Source of the DNA: Opitutia bacterium
GTDB lineage: Bacteria > Verrucomicrobiota > Verrucomicrobiia > Opitutales > Opitutaceae
NCBI GenBank assembly: GCA_947478395.1
Contig: CANJVR010000001.1
Span: forward strand, 768,001 to 832,000
Length of the DNA stretch: 64,000 nucleotides
Direction of reading: 5' to 3'
Below the pieces are notes generated by a model. It saw only the letters and a list, made by a program, of their open reading frames with translations. It was not told the DNA's origin and searched no databases. Positions 1-10,158 of the stretch are shown here, piece after piece; within the stretch, counting starts at the first letter, position 1, and every line of letters starts with the position of its first letter. The translations under genes and the position numbers were made by a program.

Positions 1-1
1 C

Positions 2-769
2 GAAATCGTTTATCACTCCATGGTCGTCGACGATGACGGACGCGGTCTCTTCACCACCGGCCTCCGGCACGGAGACGCGCTGCACGTCGGCGATCTCGAT
101 CCCACGCGACCCGGCCTGGAAGTTTTCGGGATTCATGAGAACGAAAACGAAACGGCGAAACTCGGCACGCCCGGTACCGCGTGCTACGATGCACGCACCG
201 GCGAAGTCATCTGGAGCGACGGCCCCGGCGTCGACGTGGGCCGCGGACTTTCGGCCGACATCGATCCGCGTCATCCCGGCGAGGAAATGTGGAGCGGGCC
301 CGCCGGACTGCGCACGGCCAAAGGCGAAAAAATCGGCCCCGCGCCCCGCTCGCAAAACTTCGCGATCTGGTGGGACGGCGATTTGCTACGCGAAATTTTG
401 GACAAGAATGTCGTTTCGAAATGGGACTGGGAAAAAGGCGCGCTCGATTCGATTTTCACCGCCGCGGACTGCACGTCGAACAACGGTTCGAAATCCACCC
501 CCGCCCTCAGCGCCGATCTTTTCGGCGACTGGCGCGAGGAAATCATCCTGCGCACCACCGACAACAAAGCGCTGCGCATTTTCACAACCACGATTCCTAC
601 GACCCACCGTCTGCCCACGTTGATGCACGATCCCCAGTACCGGCTCTCGATCGCCTGGCAAAACGTCGCCTACAACCAACCTCCGCATCCGGGCTTTTTT
701 CTTGGGAACGGAATGACGGCGCCGCCCCGGCCGAACATCACGCTCATCCCGCGTCCCACGGCAAAATAA
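2..769 (+). CDS. Rhamnogalacturonan lyase, PL11 family (YesW/YesX-like), 5'-truncated by window edge
   Basis: Motifs HGDALHVGDLDP, NFAIWWDGDLLRE, SNNGSKSTPALSADLFGDWREE, LMHDPQYR, WQNVAYNQPPH typical of the PL11 C-terminus. Confidence 0.92.
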   Translation, partial: EIVYHSMVVDDDGRGLFTTGLRHGDALHVGDLDPTRPGLEVFGIHENENETAKLGTPGTACYDARTGEVIWSDGPGVDVGRGLSADIDPRHPGEEMWSGPAGLRTAKGEKIGPAPRSQNFAIWWDGDLLREILDKNVVSKWDWEKGALDSIFTAADCTSNNGSKSTPALSADLFGDWREEIILRTTDNKALRIFTTTIPTTHRLPTLMHDPQYRLSIAWQNVAYNQPPHPGFFLGNGMTAPPRPNITLIPRPTAK

Positions 770-793
770 ACGATTAACTTTCCCCTTCGTCTC

Positions 794-2098
794 ATGAAAA
801 AACATTGGTTCGTTGTTTCCCTGCTTCTGATTTCCCTGCGCGCGGCTGATCCCGCGCCCACGCCGGCCCCCGCGACTGCCTTCGCCTTCACGTTCGGACC
901 GGCGGCGGCGGGCAAAACCAATATCGCGCCCGGGATGGAATACAGCGCCGAGCGCGGCTACGGCTTCGATCTCGGGACCGCGCCCACGGTGAAAACGGGC
1001 AAAGATTCGATCACGAGCGACCAGCCGTTTTTCTTTTCGGTGAAAGTGCCGGAAGGAAATTACCGCGTCACCGTCGCCCTCGGCGATGGCACCGCCGAAT
1101 CTCTTACCACCATCAAGGCCGAAACACGCCGGCTGATGGTGGAACAACTCGCGACAAAAGCGGGCGAGACCGCAACCCGCACGTTCATCGTCAACGTCCG
1201 CGATAGCCACGTCCCGCCGCCACCTCTCAACGCGCCCGGCGGCAATGCCGTCCGGCTCAACGACCGCGAAGCGGGCGTCCTGCATTGGGACGACAAGCTC
1301 ACCTTCGAGTTCAATGGCACGCATCCTTCGGTCCGCTCGCTGGAAATTGCGCGCGTCGAGGATGTGATCACGGTTTTCCTCGCGGGCGATTCGACGGTCA
1401 CCGATCAACCGCGCGAGCCGGGCGCAAGTTGGGGGCAGATGTTGCCGCGGTTTTTCAAGTCCAACGTCGCCATCGCGAACCACGCCGAATCGGGCGAAAC
1501 GATGAAATCGTTCATCACCGGTCTGCGCCTCGATAAAATCCTCAGCCAGGTAAAAGCCGGCGACTGGCTGCTGATCCAGTTCGGTCACAACGATGAGAAA
1601 GCGTCATGGCCGCAGACGTATGTCGAAGCCGCCACGACCTACCAGAGTTACCTGAAAGTTTTCGTCGCCGAGGCGAAGCGCCGCGGCGTGACGCCAGTCC
1701 TGATCAGTCCCGTGCAGCGCCGTAATTTCGACGACGCCGGGAAAATCAAAAACACGCACGGCGACTATCCCGCCGCCGTCCGGCAGGTCGCGCAGGAAAC
1801 CGGCGTGGCCTACATCGATCTGGCCGCGATGAGCGCGAGACTCTACGAGGCCCTCGGGCCGGAGAAATCTCCGCTCGCATTTTCCAACGGCGGCCGTGAC
1901 GCCACGCACCACGACAACTACGGCGCCTACGAAATCGCGAAGTGCGTGGTCGAAGGCCTCCGCGCGAATAAAACCGAACTCGCGAAATCGGTCATCGACG
2001 GTTTGCCGGCCTTTGACCCTGCGCACCCCGATTCGCCCGATGCCTTCGCGGTGCCGGCCAGCCCGGGCCGCTCGAACCAAGCGCCCCGCGGAAATTAA
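794..2098 (+). CDS. Secreted rhamnogalacturonan acetylesterase (CE12, SGNH/GDSL) with N-terminal beta-sandwich domain
   Basis: Signal peptide; FLAGDSTV, NHAESG, IQFGHND, DATHH SGNH blocks. Confidence 0.9.
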   Translation: MKKHWFVVSLLLISLRAADPAPTPAPATAFAFTFGPAAAGKTNIAPGMEYSAERGYGFDLGTAPTVKTGKDSITSDQPFFFSVKVPEGNYRVTVALGDGTAESLTTIKAETRRLMVEQLATKAGETATRTFIVNVRDSHVPPPPLNAPGGNAVRLNDREAGVLHWDDKLTFEFNGTHPSVRSLEIARVEDVITVFLAGDSTVTDQPREPGASWGQMLPRFFKSNVAIANHAESGETMKSFITGLRLDKILSQVKAGDWLLIQFGHNDEKASWPQTYVEAATTYQSYLKVFVAEAKRRGVTPVLISPVQRRNFDDAGKIKNTHGDYPAAVRQVAQETGVAYIDLAAMSARLYEALGPEKSPLAFSNGGRDATHHDNYGAYEIAKCVVEGLRANKTELAKSVIDGLPAFDPAHPDSPDAFAVPASPGRSNQAPRGN

Positions 2099-2346
2099 AC
2101 CGGATCGTAATTTCAAACATAGTGAAGAACCCCGTGCAGCGCGCGGCGACGGCGTCGAACGCATCACCCATCGCAATTTCACATGAAGGAGGGCCAGCCA
2201 GTCTTCCAGCGCGACGGCCATTGATCAAAAGCACGGATTCCCGAGAAGCGGAACGCATTAGCGTTTCGCTTAAGATTCCGAAAGCCTCGTGGCTTCCGCT
2301 ACGCCTAAAAGCAACCCGCCAAAATTTTAACGTCCCACCACTTCCT

Positions 2347-3807
2347 ATGAAACTCATCGAACTCTCCGTCCGCCGGAATCTCGCCGGCCTGGGTACCGCC
2401 CTCCTGCTCGCCCTGCCCCTCGCGGCCCAACCCGCTGCGCCAAACGCCGCCGACGCCGCCGCGGCCAACGCGGCCCAGATCAATGCCGGCCGCACGCAGC
2501 CGAAGTACCCGGTGCCTTATCCACCGAGTTCGGTCGAAGATATCACCGCGGTGCTCGGCCGCATCTACACGTATCTCGATGCGGTGACGCCGCCGCGCCT
2601 TATCGATCGCACATCGCGGCAGGAGATCACCGACTACTCCAAGCCCGCGCCCAACGCCATGCTCGATCGCAGCGACTTTCCACTCGCCGGTTATGAGTGG
2701 GGCGTCACTTACTCCGCCATGCTCCTCGCCGGCGAGGCGACGGGCGACAAGCGTTTCACTGACTACACGGCGAAGCGGATGAAGTTCATGGCGGATGTCA
2801 TCCCGATGTTTCGCGCGCAACTCGAAGCCGCCCCCGCTGCCCCCGCTACGCCGCCCGCACCCGGAGCCCAGGGTGGAGCCGGAGGCCGGGGCGGTCCGCC
2901 GTTCCGCAACGTGATCGCACCGCGCTCGCTCGACGATTCGGGCTCGATCGCCGCCGCGATGCTGAAAACGCACCAAGCCGGCCTGGGAGGCGATCTGCGT
3001 CCGCTGATCGACAACTACATGAAGTTTATCAGCACCGGTCAGTTTCGCTTCGCCGACGGCACCTTCGCGCGCAACCGGCCGCTGAACAATTCGCTGTGGC
3101 TGGACGATCTCTACATGAGCGTTCCCGCGCTCTCCCAGATGGGAAAACTGACGGGCGATAAAAAATATTTCGACGACGCGGCGAAGCAAATTCTCCAATT
3201 TTCCGAACGCATGTTCGTGAAGGAAAAGGGCCTCTACCTGCACGGCTGGATTCAGAACATGGACCCGCATCCCGCGTTTCACTGGGGCCGCGCCAACGGC
3301 TGGGCGATCCTTGCCATGACCGAGCTGCTCAGCGTGCTGCCGGAAAATCATCCGAACCGCGCCGCGGTGCTCGCCCAGTATCGGGCCCACGTGCGCGGGA
3401 TTGCTGCCACCCAGGGCGGCGATGGATTCTGGCACCAGCTGCTCGACCGGAGCGACTCTTACCCTGAGACCTCGGCCTCGGCGATTTTTGTGTTCTGCAT
3501 CGCGCGCGGGATCAACCGCGGCTGGCTCGATCCGCTCGCGCACGGTCCCATGGCCTCGCTCGGATGGAATGCCGTCGCGACCATGGTCAACGCCAAGGGA
3601 CAGGTCGAAGGCACCTGTGTCGGTACCGGCATGGGCTTCGACCCGGCGTTTTATTATTTCCGTCCCGTGAGTCCGCTCGCGGCCCACGGCTACGGCCCCG
3701 TGCTGATGGCCGGCGCGGAAATGATCACTCTCCGCAAAGGCCTCGGTAAAGACGCCCTGATCAGCGACAGCGCGATCCAGTTCGCACGCTCACCGTCGGC
3801 GTTTTGA
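2347..3807 (+). CDS. Unsaturated rhamnogalacturonyl hydrolase (GH105/GH88 family)
   Basis: ATG at 2347 followed by signal peptide; YEWGV, LWLDDLYM, HWGRANGW, ETSASA motifs. Confidence 0.88.
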   Translation: MKLIELSVRRNLAGLGTALLLALPLAAQPAAPNAADAAAANAAQINAGRTQPKYPVPYPPSSVEDITAVLGRIYTYLDAVTPPRLIDRTSRQEITDYSKPAPNAMLDRSDFPLAGYEWGVTYSAMLLAGEATGDKRFTDYTAKRMKFMADVIPMFRAQLEAAPAAPATPPAPGAQGGAGGRGGPPFRNVIAPRSLDDSGSIAAAMLKTHQAGLGGDLRPLIDNYMKFISTGQFRFADGTFARNRPLNNSLWLDDLYMSVPALSQMGKLTGDKKYFDDAAKQILQFSERMFVKEKGLYLHGWIQNMDPHPAFHWGRANGWAILAMTELLSVLPENHPNRAAVLAQYRAHVRGIAATQGGDGFWHQLLDRSDSYPETSASAIFVFCIARGINRGWLDPLAHGPMASLGWNAVATMVNAKGQVEGTCVGTGMGFDPAFYYFRPVSPLAAHGYGPVLMAGAEMITLRKGLGKDALISDSAIQFARSPSAF

Positions 3808-3822
3808 ACGAGGCGACAACAC

Positions 3823-3847
3823 CTCAGCGCAGACTTGCTGCGCTGAG
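3823..3847. terminator. Hairpin between convergent GH105 and ribB genes
   Basis: CTCAGCGCAG-acttg-CTGCGCTGAG perfect 10-bp stem. Confidence 0.5.
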
Positions 3848-3855
3848 TTGGCTTC

Positions 3856-3887
3856 AGCTCAAAACTCAAAACCCGAAACTCGAAACC
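3856..3887. repeat. Heptamer tandem repeat (AACTCRA type)
   Basis: AGCTCAA AACTCAA AACCCGA AACTCGA AACC. Confidence 0.65.
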
Positions 3888-3906
3888 GGGCGCAGTCCGC
3901 TGCGCT

Positions 3907-5007
3907 CTACACCGCCACCTGCTCCACGATCTCGAGTCCGTAGCCATCAAGTCCGACGACTTTGCGCGTACTGTTGGAGAGCAGGCGGATTTTTCGTAAA
4001 CCGAGCGACGCGAGGATCTGTGCGCCCGTGCCGTAGTCGCGGAAACTCATCTGGGGCGTCTCGCCCGGTTTCACGCTGAGCCGGCGCAATAATTCGGCGC
4101 CGCCGTTCGCGTGCTCCATGTAGAGCACTACGCCGCGCCCCGCGCGGGCGACGGCTTCGAGCGAGGCCGTGAGCGTACGGTGCGTGTTCGACCCGCGCAG
4201 ACGAAAGACATCGCCGATCAAATTCTCGCCGTGCACCCGCACGAGCGTTGGCTCGGGCCCGGGCGTGCCGATGACGAAGGCGAGATGCTGGCGCTGATCG
4301 AGCTTGCTGCGGAAAACGTGCAGCGTGAAATCGCCGAACTCCGAGGGAAACGGCTGCGTGCACACGAGCTCCACGAGCTGGTCGCGTTTGGCGCGGTACT
4401 CGATGAGTTGCGCGATCGAAATCATTTTTAGCCCAAATTTTTTCCCGAACTCCACGAGCTGTGGCAGCCGCTGCACGGTACCGTCATCGTTGACCAGTTC
4501 GCACAACACGCCGCTCGGGTTCAAACCCGCCAGCACCGCGAGATCGACGGCCGCCTCGGTGTGACCCGCGCGCTCGAGCACACCGCCGGGACGGGCGCGC
4601 AACGGAAACACATGGCCGGGTTGCACGAGTTGCTCGGCCCGCGCGGCTGGATCGGCGATGAGCCGAATCGTCTTCGTCCGATCTGCGGCGCTGATGCCGG
4701 TGCTAATGCCGTCCGCGGCATCGACACTCACGGTGAAATCGGTGCGTTGCACCTCCCGGTTGCGCTGCACCATCGGGCCGAGGCCGAGGCGCTGAAGCTG
4801 GGGCTCAAGCGTCGGTACGCATACGATTCCGCTGCAGTAGCGGATCATCATGTTCACAGTCTCCGGCGTCGCCTTTTCAGCGGCCATAATGAGGTCACCC
4901 TCGTTTTCCCGCTGCTCGTCGTCCGTCACAATGACGAGCTTTCCCGCGGCCACATCGGCGACGACGGACTCGACCGTATCAAACGGAGCGGAAGCGGAAA
5001 CAGGCAT
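3907..5007 (-). CDS. ribB: DHBP synthase fused to a degenerate GTP cyclohydrolase II domain (RibBX-type)
   Basis: DDEQRENEGD, FTVSVDA, PGHVFPL, RAGHTEA in the RibB domain; C-terminal domain lacks the RibA Zn cysteines; ATG at 5007 preferred. Confidence 0.9.
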   Translation of the reverse strand: MPVSASAPFDTVESVVADVAAGKLVIVTDDEQRENEGDLIMAAEKATPETVNMMIRYCSGIVCVPTLEPQLQRLGLGPMVQRNREVQRTDFTVSVDAADGISTGISAADRTKTIRLIADPAARAEQLVQPGHVFPLRARPGGVLERAGHTEAAVDLAVLAGLNPSGVLCELVNDDGTVQRLPQLVEFGKKFGLKMISIAQLIEYRAKRDQLVELVCTQPFPSEFGDFTLHVFRSKLDQRQHLAFVIGTPGPEPTLVRVHGENLIGDVFRLRGSNTHRTLTASLEAVARAGRGVVLYMEHANGGAELLRRLSVKPGETPQMSFRDYGTGAQILASLGLRKIRLLSNSTRKVVGLDGYGLEIVEQVAV

Positions 5008-5494
5008 GCCGAAAACCGTCGCGAGCCGGACGGGAGCTGTCAACGCGGGGCACGGACGCCGCCATTCGGATAAGGCACGACAACGGGAAGGTTCAAATCA
5101 CGGTCGGAATAAAATCGCGATCAGCACCGAGCGCCGCTGCGCTGCGAACCTTTAGCGCAGGAGCCATCTTCGTTCGAACTCGGCGCGTTCGCGCTTGCTG
5201 CGATTTTGTTCGCAGTTTTCAGCCGCGGAAATCCGCCGCCCCACACCATGCCATGCCTTCAATCTTGCGCATTGGTTCCGGCGCGTTCGTCGGTGTGGGT
5301 TTAGGTCGTGGCGTCGGCGCCGGAGCCGGCAACGGCACCGAGGCCACGGGCTTCAGCGGCAGGGATGCGTGCTCTTGCACTTCGAGCGGAAAAAACAGCG
5401 TCCACGAGCCCAATGCGAGCAGGGTCCAGGTATTCGTGGCGCGCAATCTACCGCGGACCGATGCCGCGGAAGCCCATTCCACCGGGCGATTGGT

Positions 5495-6862
5495 TCACGC
5501 CGGTTTGGTCCGGACTTTTACTTTCAAGGCGCGCCAGCGCGCGAGGCGCTCGGCGATCCCGGCTTCAGCCCCCACGGTTTTCGGCGTGTACAATATCAGG
5601 GGCTGCTCGAGGTAATCCTGTCCGGAAACATTTTCCACAAAGTCGTGCGAGTAGTCGTAGTCGCGCCCGTGACCCATGCGTTTGTTGGCCTGACCGCCTT
5701 TCGCGCGGAGAGCCGCCGGCACCGTCTGAACCGGCGCAGACTTCAGCGCGGCATGCGCCTCACCGAGCGCGATGGTGGCCGAGTTGCTCTTCGGCGCGGT
5801 CGCGATGTAGAGCGTCGCGTGGGCGAGCGTAAGTTCGGCTTCGGGCAGACCGATGAAATCGCAGGCGTGGTGCGCAGCAACCGTGAGCGAGAGCGCATTG
5901 GGATCGGCGAGACCGACGTCTTCGCTCGCGAGGATCACGAGCCGCCGGGCGATGAAGCGCGGATCCTCGCCGCCGGCCAGCATCTTCGCCAGCCAGTACA
6001 TCGCGGCGTCCGGATCGCCGCCGCGACAGCTTTTAATGAACGCGGAGATCGTGTCGTGATGCTCATCCTCGTCGGCGTCGTAACGAATCCGGCGCTCGCG
6101 GGCGAACACCTCTAGGTCGGCCGTCGTGATCGGGGCATTTTCCGGCAGACCATGCACGATCACTTCAAGGGCATTGAGTGCGCGACGTAGGTCGCCGTCG
6201 CACAACACCGCGAGATCAGCGAGGAGTTTGGGCTCGGCGGTTACGCCGCGGGATCCGAGGCCACGCTCGACATCGATCAGTGCGGCGGCCAACACGCCGG
6301 CAATGGCCGCGGGAACGAGCGGCTCGAGCCGGAAAAGATGGCTGCGGGAAAGGAGCGGCGGGTTGACGTAAAAACCCGGGTTGTGGGTGGTGGCGCCGAT
6401 CAGACGGACCGTGCCTTCCTCCACGTCGGGCAGCAGCAAATCCTGCTGTGATTTGTTGAAGCGATGAAGTTCGTCGATGAAAAGAATCGTCGCCGCCTCG
6501 GGCCGTCGGCGCGCGGCCGCGAGAATTTCGCGCAGCTCGGCCACGTTGGACATGACCGCGTTGACGCGTACAAAACGGCTGCGCGTTTCGTGGGCGATGG
6601 CCTCAGCAATGCTGGTTTTGCCGCAGCCGGGCGGACCGTAGAAGAGAAGCGAACCAAAGCGATTTTGCGCGACGAGGCGCGGCAGCAACGAACCGGGACG
6701 AAGCAAATGTTCCTGCCCAACGACATCCGCCAAGCGGCGCGGGCGCATACGGGCGGCCAACGGTTGGTGACTGGGCTTGGCCGACGCGGAATGAAAGACG
6801 GGCTCAAGCGAGGGCGGTGGAGGAAGGTCACCGAAGAGATCGTCTTGCGCAGGAGAGGCCAT
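5495..6862 (-). CDS. rarA: Replication-associated recombination protein A (RarA/MgsA AAA+ ATPase)
   Basis: PLAARMRP, GPPGCGKT, FIDELHRFNKSQQD, ASEDVGLADP, APKSN. Confidence 0.95.
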   Translation of the reverse strand: MASPAQDDLFGDLPPPPSLEPVFHSASAKPSHQPLAARMRPRRLADVVGQEHLLRPGSLLPRLVAQNRFGSLLFYGPPGCGKTSIAEAIAHETRSRFVRVNAVMSNVAELREILAAARRRPEAATILFIDELHRFNKSQQDLLLPDVEEGTVRLIGATTHNPGFYVNPPLLSRSHLFRLEPLVPAAIAGVLAAALIDVERGLGSRGVTAEPKLLADLAVLCDGDLRRALNALEVIVHGLPENAPITTADLEVFARERRIRYDADEDEHHDTISAFIKSCRGGDPDAAMYWLAKMLAGGEDPRFIARRLVILASEDVGLADPNALSLTVAAHHACDFIGLPEAELTLAHATLYIATAPKSNSATIALGEAHAALKSAPVQTVPAALRAKGGQANKRMGHGRDYDYSHDFVENVSGQDYLEQPLILYTPKTVGAEAGIAERLARWRALKVKVRTKPA

Positions 6863-7095
6863 GGATGACGGATGAATGCACGCTAAGGCGCGGGAATGAG
6901 AAGGCAATTTCGCGGCGAAGTTTGGGCACAACAGATTGAGAAAGGCGGCGCCGGACGCTTCGGAATTGCACCTCGGTGCACATCAGCCGCGATAAGAGCT
7001 GAACGCCGCCCGCCGCCGTTTTCATCGATTCGCCCGACTCTGTCTTATGGGAGAAATTGCGTCGATCCGTGACCGCGGCCGGTTAACTCCAGATC

Positions 7096-8733
7096 ATGAG
7101 CAGCCGCAGTCTGGGCCATCGCGCACCATTGTTGTGGCTTGTGCTCCCTTTTATGGCGGGGTTGGTCACAGGGCGGTACGGAGCGCTCATGAATCTGCGA
7201 TGGATGCTGGCGGGCGCACTGATCCTCGCCGTGTGCGCGTGGTTCGCGGCGCAACGGATCCTGTGGTGGGCGGTGTTACTTTCTGGTGCAATGGTCCTGG
7301 CAGGAGCTTCGAGTTACGCGATCCATCGGATGCGTCTGCCGGAATGGGACGACCGGCCGCCGCGTGAAGCACGCCTGACCTTGCGCGTCGATCGTACGTT
7401 TCCCCAAAGCGACGCCAAAAAGGCGACGGGCCTGGGGCGCGTGAAGCCCAGCGATGCGCCATGGCATGAGCTGGCGGGACAGCGGATCTATTTCTCACTC
7501 GCGCTGCGCAAAGGAGAAGCGGCGCCCCTACCCACCTCCGAGATCAGTGCGATTGGAGTGCTCGCGGCGCTACCGAAAGCGCCGGAACCTAATTCTTTTG
7601 AAAGCTATCTCGACGATGTGGGCATAAATTTCCGCCTGCAACGTGGCCGGATTGTGGCGGCGGTGCGCCCGCCCACGCTCTACGCCCGTTTCTGCGCAGC
7701 AGCGGTCGCACAATTTCGCGTGATACTCGCACTCGGAATCGAGTCCAAACGGCCGGAACTCGCGGCCCTCCTGCGCGCGATGATCCTCGGTGAAACGCAT
7801 GAACTCAGTGCAGAGCAGCAAACGTTGTTCCGGGACAGCGGTACGATGCATCTCTTCGCGATCAGCGGAATGAACATCGCGGTCCTCGCCGCGGCGTTGC
7901 AGGCGGTGTTGTTGCAACCGCTGCGGCGCTGGCCACCGGTCAAATTCGCCCTTGGTACGGCGCTATTATGGCTCTTTGTCGACATCACGGGCGCGGCCCC
8001 GTCAGCCGTGCGCGCCTTTGCGATGGCCGTGTTTGTACAGGGCGCATTAGCGCTCTGGCAACCAGCGGGCATCTTGGCGGCACTCGTGGCGTCAGCCCTG
8101 TTGGTGCTCGTGCTCGCACCCCTGCAATTTTTCAGTGCGAGCTTCGTGATGAGCTACGGCATCGTGGCAACGCTGCTTTTGCTCGGACTTCCACTGGGCG
8201 AGACATGGATCGCACGATGGACGCCATGGGCCGCACTGCCACGGGTGACGCGGCGCTGGTGGCAACATAAGGTCAGCGACGCGTGGCGATGGACGGCGGC
8301 AGCGCTCGCGGTCGGCGTATCGACCACCTTGGTCGGTCTGCTCACCGGCGTGCAATATTTTGGGCTGCTAACCCCGGGTTCGCTCGTGACGAATCTTGCG
8401 CTCATTCCCGCCGCCGGCGTCGTGACGCTCAGCGGATTTGCCGCACTGGTGTTCGGGCTGACCGGCTGGAACGGAGGTGCGATCTTTTGCAATCACGCCT
8501 CGGCCGTCGCGCTGCTTTGCATCGAGCGCGTCGTCCGCCTAGGCGTGGCCGTACCCGGGGCATTTGTCCCCGCGCGTTTCACGGTGACCTGGATGGGTGG
8601 CGTTGCACTCGCGGCGTTGGGCACAAGCCTGATGGCCGGCTATGCACTCGGGTGGCGGCGGACCGCCGGTGGATTTTGGCCGCCCTTTGTCCTCGTCGCA
8701 GCGGCGCTGATTTTCGGGGTAAAGTTTGGGTAG
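7096..8733 (+). CDS. comEC: ComEC/Rec2 family competence membrane protein (no C-terminal metallo-beta-lactamase domain)
   Basis: SGTMHLFAISGMN, PSAVRA, SFVMSY motifs; many TM segments. Confidence 0.88.
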   Translation: MSSRSLGHRAPLLWLVLPFMAGLVTGRYGALMNLRWMLAGALILAVCAWFAAQRILWWAVLLSGAMVLAGASSYAIHRMRLPEWDDRPPREARLTLRVDRTFPQSDAKKATGLGRVKPSDAPWHELAGQRIYFSLALRKGEAAPLPTSEISAIGVLAALPKAPEPNSFESYLDDVGINFRLQRGRIVAAVRPPTLYARFCAAAVAQFRVILALGIESKRPELAALLRAMILGETHELSAEQQTLFRDSGTMHLFAISGMNIAVLAAALQAVLLQPLRRWPPVKFALGTALLWLFVDITGAAPSAVRAFAMAVFVQGALALWQPAGILAALVASALLVLVLAPLQFFSASFVMSYGIVATLLLLGLPLGETWIARWTPWAALPRVTRRWWQHKVSDAWRWTAAALAVGVSTTLVGLLTGVQYFGLLTPGSLVTNLALIPAAGVVTLSGFAALVFGLTGWNGGAIFCNHASAVALLCIERVVRLGVAVPGAFVPARFTVTWMGGVALAALGTSLMAGYALGWRRTAGGFWPPFVLVAAALIFGVKFG

Positions 8734-8878
8734 CGCGCATTGGATAAACCGCGCCCAAACGCACGCGTTGCCAGTCGCTCTGCGACCAAGCAATCCCGCT
8801 GAATTGCGTGCGAAGCGCTTCGCGCGCACCGAAAAAATTGCCGTGTGTTCGGGGCGTTGCCGCGGCAATTTCAAGCCT

Positions 8879-9163
8879 ATGAAAAGTGCCTACGAACTCG
8901 CGATGGATCGTCTTGCCAAATCGGACCCTTCGGCCGGCGCGCCCGTGACCGCGGAAAAAAAGACCCGGCTGGCGGAGCTCGACCAGCTCTACAAGGGGAA
9001 GCTCGCCGAACGGGAAATTTTCATAAAGCAACAACTCAACCAAGTTCTCGTGGAGCGGAAAGCCGACGAAGTCGCCAAGATCCGGGAGCAGATGGCGAGC
9101 GAACGCATTCGGATCGAGGAAGAACGCGACGCGGAAAAAGAAAAGGTCCGGCGCGGAAAATAG
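8879..9163 (+). CDS. Small charged coiled-coil hypothetical protein
   Basis: MKSAYELAMDRL...; helical E/K/R-rich 94-aa ORF with plausible codon usage. Confidence 0.75.
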   Translation: MKSAYELAMDRLAKSDPSAGAPVTAEKKTRLAELDQLYKGKLAEREIFIKQQLNQVLVERKADEVAKIREQMASERIRIEEERDAEKEKVRRGK

Positions 9164-9353
9164 CGCGGGGGTACCCAAACGGATTTTTGCCCCAAAAAAG
9201 CCCCAGAAGTTACTCGGCTCCGGCCGCATGCTCCGCGCGTCCATCGCCGTATGCTCGGTTTGCCGCCGCCAATTAATTTTTAGCGCCGCGTAGCGGCCAA
9301 CCGCCCGAATTCCTATTCCGACCCATCGCGCTACGGCGGATATCGCAGCCCTT

Positions 9354-10158
9354 TCAGACAAACTCGAAATCCGCCACGAGCGCATGGTGGTCAGATGCCG
9401 GCGTCGGGCAGACCGCACGACTGACGCAGCAAAGCGGCGCGTTATAGAAAATGTGGTCGAGCACGAACGGCCGGCGGCGCCAGGTGACTTCGTCGGTCTG
9501 CACCGTGGCGTAACCGCAGGCCGCGAACTGGCTCACCAGGACCTCGTGTTTGCTCTCGTTAAAATCACCGGTAAGAATCGTGGCGACGCTCGCGCCGGTG
9601 ATTTGATCGGCGACCAAGTTGCGTTGCGAGGCACACTCGCTGTGGCCCGCGCCCAACATGAAAAAACGCGAGAAGGTGCGTGTTGTAGAGCTGAACCTCC
9701 CGACCAAGCAGCACGGTTTTCGCCCCGATAAACACGCGGTCGGTGGGCGTGGTCTTGTGACCAAAAAAATCGAACTCGATCGACGGTGACGGAAGATCGA
9801 GCCGCATGGAATCGTGCAAGGGGCCGCGGGAAAAAATCGCCAGCCCGATGCCAAAGGGCAGTTCGCGAGGGTCGGCTTTCGGGTAGGCGAAACAGCTATT
9901 GTAGCCATCGAGCTCGGCCCGTAGTCGCGCGAAGTTGGGCGGTGGCTGGAGTTGTACTCCGCCGGGTTGCGCGCGTTCCACCTCCTGAAGCAGAATCAGA
10001 TCGGCATCATGGCGGCGAATTTCTTCCAGGGTAACGTCGAGGTCGATGGGCGCATGGTCGGGGTCCAACTCATCCCACACTTGCCCAAACTGCATATTAA
10101 GCTGCAGGACGCGAAAACAGCTCTTCGACCTGAAACGAGGATCAGGGGCGCGGCCCAC
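9354..10158 (-). pseudogene. Endonuclease/exonuclease/phosphatase family gene split by a frameshift
   Basis: N-half (LNMQFG, ILLQEV, YNTHL) in ORF 9565-10158; C-half (TGDFN, LDHIF, ASDHHALVADF) in ORF 9354-9908; one extra base in the A6 run at 9661-9666. Confidence 0.8.

Noticed and set aside
5008..5200. FMN riboswitch upstream of ribB
   Set aside because: No RFN consensus blocks, and the promoter candidate lies directly at the start codon
5150..5482. Small Pro-rich ORF 5219-5482 (-), possibly frameshifted
   Set aside because: No recognisable family; cannot be distinguished from a spurious GC-rich ORF
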